DNA from: an uncultured virus (IMG/VR IMGVR_UViG_2877800095_000002)
Lineage: Duplodnaviria; Heunggongvirae; Uroviricota; Caudoviricetes
Strand: one strand, 5' to 3'
Length of the DNA stretch: 64,000 nucleotides
IMG/VR virus record: IMGVR_UViG_2877800095_000002
The stretch's first letter is position 1. Every line of letters starts with the position of its first letter. Position numbers and translations under genes: made by a program. Shown here one piece after another: positions 1 to 8,994 of this stretch. The notes under the pieces were generated by a model. It searched no databases. It was not told where the DNA came from and saw nothing but the letters and a program-made list of their open reading frames with translations.

Positions 1-1041
1 ATGCGGCAGGGGAAGGCAGTTTATCAGGAAAGCCAGACGTTCGACCGGAAGGCGGCGGCCCAGAACTGGCTGAAGCGCCGAGAGGCAGAGTTGGCAGCGC
101 CAGGCGCGATCGAGCGAGCCAATCGCAAGGGCGTCACTGTACGGGAAATGATCAAGCAGTATCTTGAGGAGTACGGGAAACTGCGACCGTTGGGCAGGAC
201 CAAGGAGGCGACGCTCCAGGCGATAGCTGCGACATGGCTGGGGGATGTGGTCGACCGGGACCTGACTTCCCAGGTGTTGGTCGAGTACGCAATGGATCGC
301 ATCGAGAAGGGCGGCGTGCAGCCGCAGACTGTAGGCAACGATCTTTCTCACCTCGGTGCCGTCTTGACGGTTGCGCGCCCAGCATGGGGCTACGAGGTGG
401 ATCCGGTGGCCATGGCCGACGCCAGGCGCGTTCTGCGCAAGATGGGAGGCGTTTCCAGGAGCAACGAGCGGGACAGGCGCCCAACTTTGGAGGAGCTTGA
501 CACCATCCTTGCCTACTTCGTTGAAATGCGGGAGCGTCGCAAGCAGCAGATCGACATGGTTCGGATGATCGGCTTTGCGATTTTCTCAACGCGCCGCCAG
601 GAAGAGATCACCCGGATCCGCTGGGACGCCATCGACGAAGCACGCCAGGCAGTGCTGATCACGGACATGAAGAATCCTGGCCAGAAATACGGGAATGATG
701 TCTGGTGCCACCTGCCAGATCAGGCATGGCGAATTTTGCATTCGATGCCCCGGCGCGAGGAGTTCGTGTTCCCCTACAACGCGAAGTCGGTCAGCGCTTC
801 GTTTACCAGGGCTTGCAGCTTCTTGGAGATCGATGATCTCCACTTTCACGACCTGCGCCATGACGGCATCAGTCGGCTTTTCGAGATCGGATGGGATATT
901 CCGCGCGTGGCCAGCGTCTCGGGCCACCGGGACTGGAATTCGATGCGGCGTTACACGCATCTGAGAGGGAACGGCGACAAGTACGAAGACTGGCCGTGGT
1001 TGGAGCAGATAATAGAGGGCCCCACGATCGAGGCCCGGTAG
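1..1041 (+). CDS. int: Tyrosine integrase (dusA-associated type); N-terminus probably upstream of the window
   Basis: Catalytic motifs STRRQEEI, FHDLRH, SGHRDW, MRRYTH. Confidence 0.93.
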   Translation: MRQGKAVYQESQTFDRKAAAQNWLKRREAELAAPGAIERANRKGVTVREMIKQYLEEYGKLRPLGRTKEATLQAIAATWLGDVVDRDLTSQVLVEYAMDRIEKGGVQPQTVGNDLSHLGAVLTVARPAWGYEVDPVAMADARRVLRKMGGVSRSNERDRRPTLEELDTILAYFVEMRERRKQQIDMVRMIGFAIFSTRRQEEITRIRWDAIDEARQAVLITDMKNPGQKYGNDVWCHLPDQAWRILHSMPRREEFVFPYNAKSVSASFTRACSFLEIDDLHFHDLRHDGISRLFEIGWDIPRVASVSGHRDWNSMRRYTHLRGNGDKYEDWPWLEQIIEGPTIEAR

Positions 1042-1050
1042 GCGGGAGGG

Positions 1051-1335
1051 TTAGGATGCACGGCGCAGGGTTCTGCGCCCCATGAGCTTTTCGTGCTCCT
1101 CCTTCGCCGTTCTGTGCCGTTCGTCAAGGTAATTCGCCAGGTCCGTCAGGTGTACGCCACGCGCAGACTTCTGACTGTTCTCCATGCGTACCAGCGGCAA
1201 GTCGATTTCGCCGGCCGCTACCTTCATCTTCATTTTCTCGGGGGTCAGGTGGCTGAAGTAGTCGGCGCAGACGCGTTCGAGGGGAATGATGGCGGCGCCA
1301 TCGTACTGAGCCATCAACAGAAACAGGGTGTTCAT
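1051..1335 (-). CDS. PrtN-family protein, probable excisionase
   Basis: MNTLFLLMAQYDG..IIPLERVCADYF PrtN-like signature; convergent with int. Confidence 0.8.
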   Translation of the reverse strand: MNTLFLLMAQYDGAAIIPLERVCADYFSHLTPEKMKMKVAAGEIDLPLVRMENSQKSARGVHLTDLANYLDERHRTAKEEHEKLMGRRTLRRAS

Positions 1336-1410
1336 TGGGCGTTACCTATCCCAGCTCTCCGGCTGGGCTGTTCCGCGACCCTTTCCCTTGGGCCGCGGGC
1401 ATGGATGATT

Positions 1411-1797
1411 TCAGGTAGGATGCACCGGCTCACCGGTGACGGGACCAGCCTTGGCGGGCATGTGCCCCTGATCCGGTGGGCTTTCGCTGGGCGAAGGTCT
1501 GGCCGGAAACGGCTTTCCCGCCAGGATGCCCAGGGCGTCGGTGGCGCGCTGGACGATGTTGAGCGCCACCTGCAGCGCCGCCGCGTCATCTTGCATGCGC
1601 ATGAGTGCGGTCATCTTGGGCCGGTGTTCGGCACATACTCTGTCGCGAAGCTGACCGGCGGCGCGGCGAACAGCGTCGGCCGTACCGTGGTGCTGGAGCA
1701 CCAGGGCCATGACCAGTACCACGTCGACGCTGTGCATCTGCATCGTTGTGGTCCGCAGGAGCCAGCGGGGAAGGGCGATGCCTGGTTTCTGCTTCAT
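1411..1797 (-). CDS. Phage hypothetical protein
   Basis: ATGA coupling to the upstream small ORF; start MKQKPG. Confidence 0.65.
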   Translation of the reverse strand: MKQKPGIALPRWLLRTTTMQMHSVDVVLVMALVLQHHGTADAVRRAAGQLRDRVCAEHRPKMTALMRMQDDAAALQVALNIVQRATDALGILAGKPFPARPSPSESPPDQGHMPAKAGPVTGEPVHPT

Positions 1798-1916
1798 CCG
1801 AAACACCCCGCCTGCCAGGCTGCGAGCGTGCGGATGATCGGGAATATCTCTACCAGCCCTACCACGGCCAGGCCGAGGGCGGCGATGATGCCGAGTGCGG
1901 TCAGTGCTCTACGCAT
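1794..1916 (-). CDS. 40-aa single-TM protein (not in ORF track)
   Basis: Manual translation MRRALTALGIIAALGLAVVGLVEIFPIIRTLAAWQAGCFG; stop overlaps next ATG. Confidence 0.6.
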   Translation of the reverse strand: MRRALTALGIIAALGLAVVGLVEIFPIIRTLAAWQAGCFG

Positions 1917-1990
1917 CGCGCGGCCCTCCCTGAGTCGCCACTGCCCGGTCGAGACGTTCGATCTCGGCCCTGAATTGGGATTGCTTCATT

Positions 1991-2971
1991 TCAGTCTCCC
2001 ATCGCGCCGTGGCCAGCGCATTCGCCGTTGCAGCCGTGTTCCAAGCATTCCGGGCAGGGCTCACCGTCATCTTCTTGGTCGTCGCTCTTGATGAGGACCA
2101 GGCGCCCGCCGCAGTGGTGACAGAACAGCGCACCGTTCTCTGCTGGTCCGTCCTCAATGAAGTTCCAGGTCTGGCCGCAACTTGTTTCCCAGATGCCGCT
2201 GCTTTCGGTCCATTTGCACGACGGGGATGCCAAACTGGTCGGCGCGTGCGCCAGGGCGGCGCGGGCACGCTCAATCGCCCACTCCAGCATGTCGAGCGTT
2301 TCGCACTTTTCGATCATGATGTAGGTCTGCCCAGTGTTCTTCAGCTTCTCCGGCTGTCCCCTGCGATTTTTTACCCAGTCACGCACTCGGATTAACTCCT
2401 GAAGTGCCGCCCGCTCATCCCCGCCTGCCTGCTCTACCGATGCAGGCGCGTCACGAAGCGGTGTGCCTGCCAAGCCCTTGGCTGCCAGGTAGTTGGTGGC
2501 GCGTGCCACCAGGTTGCTTTCCGGGGCATGCCGCTTCAGTGAACTGGCCAGCATGCGAACCAGCATTGCCAGTTCCTGGGTGCGCTGTCCCTCGGCGCGG
2601 CCGATGTCGTAGAACGGACGAAGCCAGTGATCCTCCGCCGGCGGCTGGCTGGCCTGGGCGCCGAAGGCTAGCGCGCCGGTGATGGCGTCCGCGGCGACCT
2701 GGCGCATATTGGCGGCGGTCATATTGTCCTGCTCAGGGCATGGGTACTCGGCGATGGTGCGGAGCGCCAGGTCCTGGGCGGCTTGCGTCGGCGCCTGGTC
2801 CTTGATCAGGGACAGCAGGCTCTCGGCTGAGGAGTGAACGTCGTCGAGGTCCGTCGACCAGCGGTGCGGGGAGCGGTGCTGGGTGCTGTCGTGGATGTTG
2901 TCCAGGGCTTCGACGATGCCGCGCAGGCGGATGGCGCACTGCTCGATCAGTTGGTGCTGGGTAGATGACAT
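1991..2971 (-). CDS. Phage hypothetical protein with Cys-rich C-terminus
   Basis: Long ORF with CHHC and CPEC motifs. Confidence 0.7.
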   Translation of the reverse strand: MSSTQHQLIEQCAIRLRGIVEALDNIHDSTQHRSPHRWSTDLDDVHSSAESLLSLIKDQAPTQAAQDLALRTIAEYPCPEQDNMTAANMRQVAADAITGALAFGAQASQPPAEDHWLRPFYDIGRAEGQRTQELAMLVRMLASSLKRHAPESNLVARATNYLAAKGLAGTPLRDAPASVEQAGGDERAALQELIRVRDWVKNRRGQPEKLKNTGQTYIMIEKCETLDMLEWAIERARAALAHAPTSLASPSCKWTESSGIWETSCGQTWNFIEDGPAENGALFCHHCGGRLVLIKSDDQEDDGEPCPECLEHGCNGECAGHGAMGD

Positions 2972-3072
2972 GGTGGTGTCTCCGGTTGCTCCGGCGCCGG
3001 CGGCCGGCAGCGGAAGCATTTGCACAGGCCTATCCGTTGGCCCGTGGTGCGGCAGATGGTGGGGCGGTTCAT
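2947..3072 (-). CDS. Small Cys-rich phage protein
   Basis: MNRPTICRTTGQRIGLCKCFRC; ATGA coupling to upstream gene. Confidence 0.5.
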   Translation of the reverse strand: MNRPTICRTTGQRIGLCKCFRCRPPAPEQPETPPCHLPSTN

Positions 3073-3575
3073 TTCGTGGCGTCTTGCTTCATGGCTTTGG
3101 CGTGGCCGACGCAGGTGCGGACTGGGTTGCCCTGGTCGTCCAGGTCGGCGTGGCAGTAGAACCGGCTGAGTTCCTGCCGGCAGTAGATGGCATCGGAGGT
3201 GGTGACCGGCGAGGTGTTCGCCGGGGTGCCGAGTCGATAGGCGCAGCCGGCGCACGTGCCGCGAGGGTTCACCGTTGCGGCCAGGACAACGCCCTGCAGC
3301 GCTCCGAACATCGTCGGCAGGTTCGCCTGCTCCGCGGTGTGCGGATGTTCGCCGTGCTCGATGAGGATCAACTCGACCATCGCTCGGCAGTTCTCGGCGA
3401 CGGCGTTGGCCATGCCCAGCACCTGGGCGAACAGGTCGAGCATGGTGGCTGGGTCGCGCTGGGCTGCCATTTTCTCCAGCACCTGACGGCGCAGATCCGC
3501 CGGCAGAAGCACGGCGCCGGCCAGTTCGTGCGCGTCGGCGGCGCTGATCTGATAGTCGACAGGGGGCTCAGCCAT
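3069..3575 (-). CDS. Phage hypothetical protein, possible Zn-binding
   Basis: CAGC..C..CH..C..H pattern; GGAGGAG RBS. Confidence 0.7.
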   Translation of the reverse strand: MAEPPVDYQISAADAHELAGAVLLPADLRRQVLEKMAAQRDPATMLDLFAQVLGMANAVAENCRAMVELILIEHGEHPHTAEQANLPTMFGALQGVVLAATVNPRGTCAGCAYRLGTPANTSPVTTSDAIYCRQELSRFYCHADLDDQGNPVRTCVGHAKAMKQDATK

Positions 3576-3762
3576 GGCTCCTCCTGGGGTTTACTCGTAA
3601 GGACCTGCCGTGGTTGAGCTGTCGAAACTCGGTGCAGATGACGATCACGTCGGGGCCGTCACGGCGGTGGACCGGCATGGCGCTGAAGTCGAGGCTCGAA
3701 CAGTCGTCCAGGCGTCGCTCGCAGGCGCGGCAGCGCCCGCCCTTGGGGTAGTAGTTGGGCAT
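3568..3762 (-). CDS. Small phage protein (CxxC..C..C)
   Basis: MPNYYPKGGRCRAC; overlaps next gene. Confidence 0.6.
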   Translation of the reverse strand: MPNYYPKGGRCRACERRLDDCSSLDFSAMPVHRRDGPDVIVICTEFRQLNHGRSLRVNPRRSHG

Positions 3763-3769
3763 GGTTGGC

Positions 3770-4531
3770 TCAGGTGAAGAGGGTGGGCTGGGCGCTCTTG
3801 TCCAGCGCCTGCTGGATCTTGGTGAAGGCCTCGGGGTGCTGCTGGTCGAACGCTGGCATGCGGGCAGACTCAACCCAGGTGCCGCGCTCGGCGCCCTTGT
3901 CGAGCCAGGATCGTGTCCAGTTCGTCGCGCTGACGCCGCATTCGGCGATCTGCTTCGTGGTGATGAAGCCCTGGCGGCGAAGCGTGGCGATCACCTTCAG
4001 CGCGCCTTCCTTCCACTCGGTGAGGCGCAGCGGCGCCGGAACGCCGGCGGGCACGTCGGGGACCACGATCGGGACGTGGCAGCGTTCAGCGGGGTTCCAG
4101 TCGAACAGTTGCGGCCCGCTCAAGTGCTGGAGCCAGTAGCGCAAGTGGAACTCGGGGAATTCGACGAACTTGCCGTCGCGCCGACGGTGTCCGCGGGACG
4201 GCGCGAGCACTGCGATGCCGCACATTTCAAGCAGGCGCGCGATTCCGTGGCTGGCCTCGGTGATCCGCCCGACAATGACCATGCGGTGATCTGGCCCGGG
4301 CGCCCCGTACCGGTCCTGCCAGTGCTGCGGCAGGATCTGGTCGGCCACCTTGGCGTTCAACTGCAATTTGGCCTCGACGCCGATCTGCCGGCCTTCCTCA
4401 TGGACAACCAGGATGTCGAACCCGGCAGTCTCCGGGTAGCAGGTCCAGCCGGGGACTCGGTTGAACTCGTCGATGAACGCCGCGCAGAGTTCGGCCTCGC
4501 TCTGCACCAGCGGCGCATTGGATCTGGTCAT
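3770..4531 (-). CDS. Putative PD-(D/E)XK nuclease-fold phage protein
   Basis: E..FDILVV..IGVEAK motif. Confidence 0.6.
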   Translation of the reverse strand: MTRSNAPLVQSEAELCAAFIDEFNRVPGWTCYPETAGFDILVVHEEGRQIGVEAKLQLNAKVADQILPQHWQDRYGAPGPDHRMVIVGRITEASHGIARLLEMCGIAVLAPSRGHRRRDGKFVEFPEFHLRYWLQHLSGPQLFDWNPAERCHVPIVVPDVPAGVPAPLRLTEWKEGALKVIATLRRQGFITTKQIAECGVSATNWTRSWLDKGAERGTWVESARMPAFDQQHPEAFTKIQQALDKSAQPTLFT

Positions 4532-5016
4532 GGCGTTACCCTCGGCGCCCAAGGCTGGAGCGCTTGATTTCCAGGCACGTACAGAGGGTGGCGCGGGTGG
4601 CCATCCTTCGTCGTGCCAAGACACCAGAGGCGCCCGCCGGCGGCGGTCAAGATGCTGGTTACGGCTTCTACTCGCTCGGGCTTCGCATTGGCGCCCCAGG
4701 CGCACACGATGTCGGTGTACTCTCGGGCGATCGCGCGCAGGCGCCAGTCGTTGTCTGGGCCTACTGGGTCGCTGTGCTGCCAGAGGTCGGCCGGGTTCGT
4801 CGCGCGCAAGGCGTACAGATTGACGACGGCGATCCCGTTGCAGCCCCAGGCCGAGGCGAAGTTGCGGCAGCGCCGGATCGTTGGATCGTCGAGCGCGGCA
4901 TCAGCGGTGCTCGGATTGAGCATTAGGAAAACCGCTGTGCCTTTGTCGGCCAGGCAGTCGCCAGGGCGAGTCAGAAGGTAACGGTACTGGCCGCATTCGC
5001 TGATGATGGCGCTCAT
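4528..5016 (-). CDS. DUF1643 family protein
   Basis: YRYLL, MLNPSTAD..DDPTIRRC, AWG, PRHPLY. Confidence 0.85.
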   Translation of the reverse strand: MSAIISECGQYRYLLTRPGDCLADKGTAVFLMLNPSTADAALDDPTIRRCRNFASAWGCNGIAVVNLYALRATNPADLWQHSDPVGPDNDWRLRAIAREYTDIVCAWGANAKPERVEAVTSILTAAGGRLWCLGTTKDGHPRHPLYVPGNQALQPWAPRVTP

Positions 5017-5645
5017 GGTGTCACCCGCTTGAACTCGACCACCCAGACCCATGGGTTGGCGTCCCATGAGGACTCGCCGTTGATCGACGACCAGAGCGAA
5101 GCAAACGACTCGCGTGGATCGGCTGCAAAGTGTTTGCTGTCCTCGACGTCGAAGGACCCTTCGCCGACATCGCGGACACCCTCGGCCTTGGCCTGCTCCT
5201 TGCTGATATCCTGTAGCCGCTCGACGCGAACAGCGGTGATTTCCAGCAGGATGCGGGAGGCCCAACGCGGCATATGGATAGAGGGGCGAACGCGGCCCTT
5301 AGAGATCATGGAGCATCCTGTCTGCCGGACGCTGAGGTCTGCCGGGTACCAGATCGGTTCACCTTGGCTGAGGTCGCTCGGCGCGATTGCGTCTACCTGG
5401 GCATCTGCTGCCCAGGCCTCCCGCACCCACAGCCGATCTCCGGGCTGGCCGTAGGGGCAGGTGATGCGTGCGTGCAGGCCGGCATCAAGCGTCTTGAATG
5501 GCGTATTGGGATCGACCATTGAGCCGAGGAAGTCGGGCTGCGGCGTCACCACTCGGCGGGTGACCGTCTTCCTACCTTCCAGGATGGCGCGGACCATCTG
5601 GTCGTTGAACAGGATTGGCCGCTCCCGCGGCTTTTCTGCGGACAT
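5013..5645 (-). CDS. ASCH/PUA-like phage protein
   Basis: ILF..MVRAILEGRKTVTRR, GDRLWVRE, PSIHMPRWASR, NPWVWVVEF. Confidence 0.75.
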   Translation of the reverse strand: MSAEKPRERPILFNDQMVRAILEGRKTVTRRVVTPQPDFLGSMVDPNTPFKTLDAGLHARITCPYGQPGDRLWVREAWAADAQVDAIAPSDLSQGEPIWYPADLSVRQTGCSMISKGRVRPSIHMPRWASRILLEITAVRVERLQDISKEQAKAEGVRDVGEGSFDVEDSKHFAADPRESFASLWSSINGESSWDANPWVWVVEFKRVTP

Positions 5646-5726
5646 AGGGAATACCTCTCGCCTGATGGCGAAATGCAATAAATTGGGATAACGTCCGGCA
5701 GCCATACGTTTAGCCAGACAAGGAGA

Positions 5727-6047
5727 GTGGGAGTGACCTATGTTGCTTGGGGTGTAGTGCTGTTTTTCGCTATCAGTTGGACGATTGGACTGCTGTTTAG
5801 GCCTGAAACTCGCTTTCTTTCAACAGTTGCTGCAGTGATTCACTGGTGGATCATGATCGGAGTTACCGCGTTTAGCGCAACTAAGGTCTGGCATTTGTTT
5901 TGGCTGATGCCGCTTGCTCTTATCGTATGCATGGTTGCCATGGGGGCACTCGTTAGCGTTGGCAACAGGAAGCCTTCTGCTGTGTTTGCCGCCGCAATTT
6001 GGATTCTCTGGCCGGCAACCTGGTTGGCTTATCAATTCTCAAAGTAA
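5727..6047 (+). CDS. Small multi-TM membrane protein (moron)
   Basis: Low GC, AGGAG RBS, about 4 hydrophobic segments, antisense to the operon. Confidence 0.75.
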   Translation: MGVTYVAWGVVLFFAISWTIGLLFRPETRFLSTVAAVIHWWIMIGVTAFSATKVWHLFWLMPLALIVCMVAMGALVSVGNRKPSAVFAAAIWILWPATWLAYQFSK

Positions 6048-6298
6048 CGATTCATGCCGGAGCCTTCTGGCGCTGAACAGTCGGAGAATGTGTGCTCCTT
6101 CTGTGAGCGGATCCAGGGATGCCGGCGCCCGGGCTTGGGCTGCTGGCGCGGGGTCGTGAGTGCGTCTCGCAAGGTCATGCCGGCGGCGAGACCCAGGCTG
6201 AACTTATGGCCCTGGACTGGGCCGTGGTGGCGGTGGTGCTGCTCTACGAACGCATTCGCCTCGGCCAGGGTGAGGGGGCAGATCTCCAGCTTGCTCAC
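6032..6298 (-). pseudogene. Truncated XF1762-like protein fused to unrelated sequence
   Basis: LTLAEANAFVEQHHRHHGPVQGHKFSLG start, then abrupt change after about 40 aa. Confidence 0.55.
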
Positions 6299-8385
6299 GC
6301 CGCCACCGCCTGTTGCGGCGTCGGCCGTAGCCGCCGCTTCCATGGGTCGTTCGCCCGGGCGTATGCGGCCATCGTGTTCGGGCTCACGCTGTTGCCGCAC
6401 ATGTGGACCTGCTGGGATAGAGTGAACCGCTGCCCGTTGTGGCCCCGCTCGATGATGTAGCTGTCGGGGAAGCCCTGGGCGCGATACAACTCACGCGGTT
6501 TCAGCATTCGCAGGCGGATGTCGACGATCACGTAGGGGCTACCGCTGATCCAGACCGTGACCAGCGCCAAGCGGTCCTTGGTGGTTACGGTGCTGACCGG
6601 CTCGTCCAGCGGACGGATGTTCTCGCCCATGCCGTGGTACTTCATCAGGAACGCCGCCACCCATACGGCGCCTTCGACCTGTTCTGGGGTTAGGCTGCCG
6701 GCGATCATTTCTGGCGTGACCAGCATGTGGTGACCGCCGGTTGCCACGGTAGGCGCCGGCTGGTCCGCCGGCGTGCTGCTGTGGCCGGTGGTATTCGTCA
6801 CCAGAAGGGCGCTGACCAGGTCGTGGTGGTCCGTGCCGGTTTGCGTGCCCAGCGGTCCGTCCACCGGGGCGCCATGCGACCCCTTCCGCAGCGTTACCAG
6901 GTGTGCCGTGGCGAGCTGCTGCTGACTGCCCTTGTTCGTGATAGTGCTAATCGGGGCGTCGGCCGGGCGGCTGTGGGTGGTGTTGTAGCCCCCGTTGGCC
7001 TGGACCATGAACGCGGTGGCCACTCCGCAGTCAGCTTTCGCGGTGATGGTGTACATCGGCTCGGCGACCGAGCGCGGCTCGGTTTGGCCGGCGCGACCGC
7101 CGACACCGACCAATACCGCGCTGGCCAAGCCCAGGGCGTGCGCCGCGCCGGCTGGGCGCTTGCACTCGCCGCCGCTCGTGATCGTCGGCATCGGCTGATC
7201 GACCGGTGCGCCGGTGGCGTCGAACCGGAACTTCACCAGATGCGCCGCAGCGACAGCGTGCTTGATGCCGCCGGCGACCACGGTGCCGAGCGGTTCATCC
7301 AGTTCAAGGACGCGCGGTGCCTGTCCGTCGCGCTCGCCGTAGCCGACTTGGATCAGCGTCGGAGTGGCAACGGAGAAAGCGCCGCCCTTCGGCCAGGCAG
7401 TGATCGTGTTCAGCGGCTGGTCCACCGGATGCACGGCCTCGCGCGACCAGTTCGCGATCGGCACGATGAAGGGCCTGGCGCGCTGGAGCACTTCTTTCTC
7501 GATCCCCTTCGCGATGCGGCGCATGGTGGCCTCCGCCAGCGGCTTCTTCCGGTTGCGGATCGTCTGGCCGAGGTCGCTCCAATCGATGCACTCTGCGGCT
7601 GTGCGGTACGGCTTCAGCCCCTTGCTGGGCTTCGCGGCATGGGTCTTCTCCGCCGCCACTGGCTCGAAACCGCCGTCGGTGGCCACCAGGTACAAGCGCT
7701 GGCGGGTGGTCGGGTCGCCGTAGTCGCAGTTGCGCTCGACCCAATAGTCGACGTGGTAGCCGAAGCCTTCCAGGGCGCGCAGGAACTGGCGCCAGGTGCG
7801 GCCCTTGCGCTTCGGATCGGGCACCAGGAACTGCTCGTGCCGTGGTACCCGCTCGCCAGGACCGGCTACAGTGCCGTCGAGGCGCACGACGCGGCCGGTC
7901 GACTTGTCGCGCTTGGCGATCAGCGGGCCCCATTGCAGGATCTGTTTCACGTTCTCCAGGCTGATCACCCAGGGGCCGCGGCCGAGCTTATGGAGCTTGC
8001 CGGCCCACTTCACAACAACCCAGGACAGGTCGCGGATCTCTTTCTTGCGCGGCTGGCCGCCGGCGGCCTGGCTGTGGTGCCGGCAGTCCGGCGATGCATG
8101 CAGCCAGCCCACGGTGGCGCCCTTGGTGGCCTCGATGGGGTCGATGCCCCAGACATCGGTCGGCAGATGCTCGGCGTGCGGGTGGTTGGCCTCGTGCATG
8201 CTGATTGCGGCCGGGTTGTGGTTGATGGCCAGGTCGACCTTGCGGCCCAGGCCCATTTCCAGACCGGTGCTGGCACCGCCGCCGCCGGCGAACAGGTCGA
8301 CGATGATCGCGTCGTCGGCGTCGTCCAGGGCCAGGCCGTACTGGGTTTTGAAGTCGAGCGGGGAGGGCTTCTTGAGGGAAGTCAT
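6295..8385 (-). CDS. Phage DNA cytosine-5 methyltransferase
   Basis: Motif I DLFAGGGG, IV SPDC, VI ENV, VIII TRQRL, IX-X ELYRAQGFP..CGNSV. Confidence 0.93.
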   Translation of the reverse strand: MTSLKKPSPLDFKTQYGLALDDADDAIIVDLFAGGGGASTGLEMGLGRKVDLAINHNPAAISMHEANHPHAEHLPTDVWGIDPIEATKGATVGWLHASPDCRHHSQAAGGQPRKKEIRDLSWVVVKWAGKLHKLGRGPWVISLENVKQILQWGPLIAKRDKSTGRVVRLDGTVAGPGERVPRHEQFLVPDPKRKGRTWRQFLRALEGFGYHVDYWVERNCDYGDPTTRQRLYLVATDGGFEPVAAEKTHAAKPSKGLKPYRTAAECIDWSDLGQTIRNRKKPLAEATMRRIAKGIEKEVLQRARPFIVPIANWSREAVHPVDQPLNTITAWPKGGAFSVATPTLIQVGYGERDGQAPRVLELDEPLGTVVAGGIKHAVAAAHLVKFRFDATGAPVDQPMPTITSGGECKRPAGAAHALGLASAVLVGVGGRAGQTEPRSVAEPMYTITAKADCGVATAFMVQANGGYNTTHSRPADAPISTITNKGSQQQLATAHLVTLRKGSHGAPVDGPLGTQTGTDHHDLVSALLVTNTTGHSSTPADQPAPTVATGGHHMLVTPEMIAGSLTPEQVEGAVWVAAFLMKYHGMGENIRPLDEPVSTVTTKDRLALVTVWISGSPYVIVDIRLRMLKPRELYRAQGFPDSYIIERGHNGQRFTLSQQVHMCGNSVSPNTMAAYARANDPWKRRLRPTPQQAVAA

Positions 8386-8500
8386 GCGGCGGGTTCCTTT
8401 TCGCGAACGTGAGGACGCACTGCGCTATGCGTGATGGCGCAGTGATGTCGTTGGAGTTAGATTTGGAAGGCCCGGCATGGGGCCGGATCAAGGAGGAGAG

Positions 8501-8827
8501 ATGCCTGACTTCAGAATCGTCGAGATCGTGTTCGATGACACCAAGGTCTATTACCGGTATGAGACGGTGGGTGCATCAACAATCGGTGGAGAGCAAACAC
8601 CTGCTTATCAACAAGACATCATCCTCAATCATTTTCGGTCTGCCGCAGGCTATCGGGGTTCTCCGACCAAGGTTGAAAGCGCTGCACTTGTTGCATCGAA
8701 GGCCGTGGGACGAGTGGTCCAAACTTTGAGCGGATCCAAGGCTCAAGCCAGGTCGACAAAGAACGCTTGGGTAACCAAGGCGCATGCAGATGGTAACTAT
8801 GAGGTTCTCAACACCCAGAGTCGTTAG
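8501..8827 (+). CDS. Moron hypothetical protein
   Basis: AGGAGGAG RBS, lower GC, antisense to the operon. Confidence 0.7.
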   Translation: MPDFRIVEIVFDDTKVYYRYETVGASTIGGEQTPAYQQDIILNHFRSAAGYRGSPTKVESAALVASKAVGRVVQTLSGSKAQARSTKNAWVTKAHADGNYEVLNTQSR

Positions 8828-8955
8828 GCTGTACGCGACCCGCTAGAAGTACGTCAGCACTCCGTGAACAGGCACTGGACGCCGCCCTGCCTGACAGGGC
8901 GGCCCACGAGGCATGGTTGAATCGCCCACAGGGCGGCGTCCGGTGCGTGCTTGCT

Positions 8956-8984
8956 GGAAGAGAAAGCGCCCCGGGTGGGGCGCT
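8956..8984 (-). terminator. Probable intrinsic terminator after the ATPase gene
   Basis: AGCGCCCC-ACCC-GGGGCGCT then TTCTCTT on the minus strand. Confidence 0.55.
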
Positions 8985-8994
8985 GTATCGAGGG

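Noticed and set aside
1051..1335. True pyocin activator prtN
   Set aside because: Position convergent with the integrase fits an excisionase role; no prtR or pyocin cluster adjacent
6727..8412. 561-aa plus-strand ORF
   Set aside because: Antisense shadow of the methyltransferase
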